Below, in pieces: positions 63,292 to 64,000 of a DNA stretch of 64,000 nt (within the stretch, counting starts at the first letter, position 1; every line of letters starts with the position of its first letter). Where the stretch lies: NCBI GenBank assembly GCA_030390025.1, contig CM059438.1, positions 63,180,001-63,244,000 on the forward strand. The letters run 5' to 3'. The position numbers were made by a program, and so were the translations under genes. This stretch comes from Squalus acanthias. Lineage: Eukaryota. The notes under the pieces are model-generated. The model was not told the DNA's origin. It was given only the letters and a program-made list of their open reading frames with translations, and searched no databases.

Positions 63292-63669
63292 CATAAAATT
63301 GAGCTCATCCAAACCGCTGCTGCCCGTATCCTAGCTCACACCAAGTCCCGTTCACCCATCAACCCTGTGCTCGCTGACCTACGCTGGCTCTCGGTCCAGC
63401 AGCGTCTCGATATTACAATTCTCATCCTTGTTTTCAAATACCTCTATGGCCTTGCCCCTCTCTATCTCTGTAATCTCCTCCAGCCCTACAATGCTCCGAG
63501 ATCCCTGCGCTCCTCTAATTCTGGCCTTTTGCGCATCCCCAATTTTAATTGCTCTGCCATTGATGTCCGTGCCTTCAGGCCCTAAATTCTGGAATTCCCT
63601 CCCTAAACCTCTCCGCCTCTCTACCTCTCGCTCCTTTAAGACGCTCCTTAAAACCTACCTCTTTGACCA
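63292..63669 (+). mobile_element. L2 LINE 3' fragment
   Basis: IQTAAARILAHTK...FWNSLPKPLR...FKTLLKTYLFDQ; cut off by the following MITE. Confidence 0.88.
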
Positions 63670-64000
63670 AGGGGGAAAAATTCAGTTGGTTGCGTCTCCC
63701 GTTAGCGCCTTAAGAGGGCGCTAATGGGGCGCAAAGCAACTAGCGCCCGGGCGTGGCAATGTTTGCGCCGCTCGCGAAATTAACTAGACATTTTGCGGCG
63801 GCGCTAAACACTGCCGCCACGATCTTCTGCGCCGGCAGGTCGTGACGTCAGTCGAGTGCGCAACGCCCCGGAGCGGATATTGAGTGGCGCCCCCTGCCTT
63901 ACCGCCTGCCCCTAGCAACGACAGGTTGAGGGGAGCGTTTTGTAGTCAGGAAGGGACTGGGGGAGCGCTATTTAAAGGCGACCGCTTCCTGCCTTTTTTT
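63670..64000. mobile_element. GC-rich MITE, same family as 60406-61041, truncated by window end
   Basis: ctcccgttagcgcc(t/c)taagagggcgc shared in inverted orientation. Confidence 0.72.

Overview
Vertebrate genomic DNA, almost certainly a cartilaginous fish (shark-type SINEs: an HE1/V-SINE and many SacSINE1-like Deu-SINEs). The window holds 15 consecutive internal coding exons (5995-58459, + strand, all GT-AG, phases consistent, 1852 nt, 617 whole codons, no stop) of ABCA2. They cover the end of the second extracellular domain, TMD2 and the NBD2 core (Walker [11 protein letters not shown]-loop, signature YSGGN, Walker B IFL|DE, H-loop TSH). The gene continues off both ends. The introns are packed with truncated retroelements (CR1, L2, RTE, Penelope-like, several SINE families) and PIF/Harbinger-type MITEs. 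Most long ORFs in the track are LINE reverse-transcriptase fragments. I found no new protein-coding system. The most interesting signals are non-coding: (1) hammerhead-ribozyme cores in Penelope fragments that are all antisense to the host gene; (2) a 313-bp near-perfect inverted copy of local DNA fused to a CR1 5' end; (3) two consecutive introns that appear homologous from their 5' splice sites and share a hairpin; (4) a duplicated intronic segment next to the Walker-B exon; (5) a fossil Harbinger transposase alongside matching MITEs. Exon, TSD and TIR coordinates were counted by hand. Other repeat boundaries are approximate, and family names come from recalled consensus features, not a database search.
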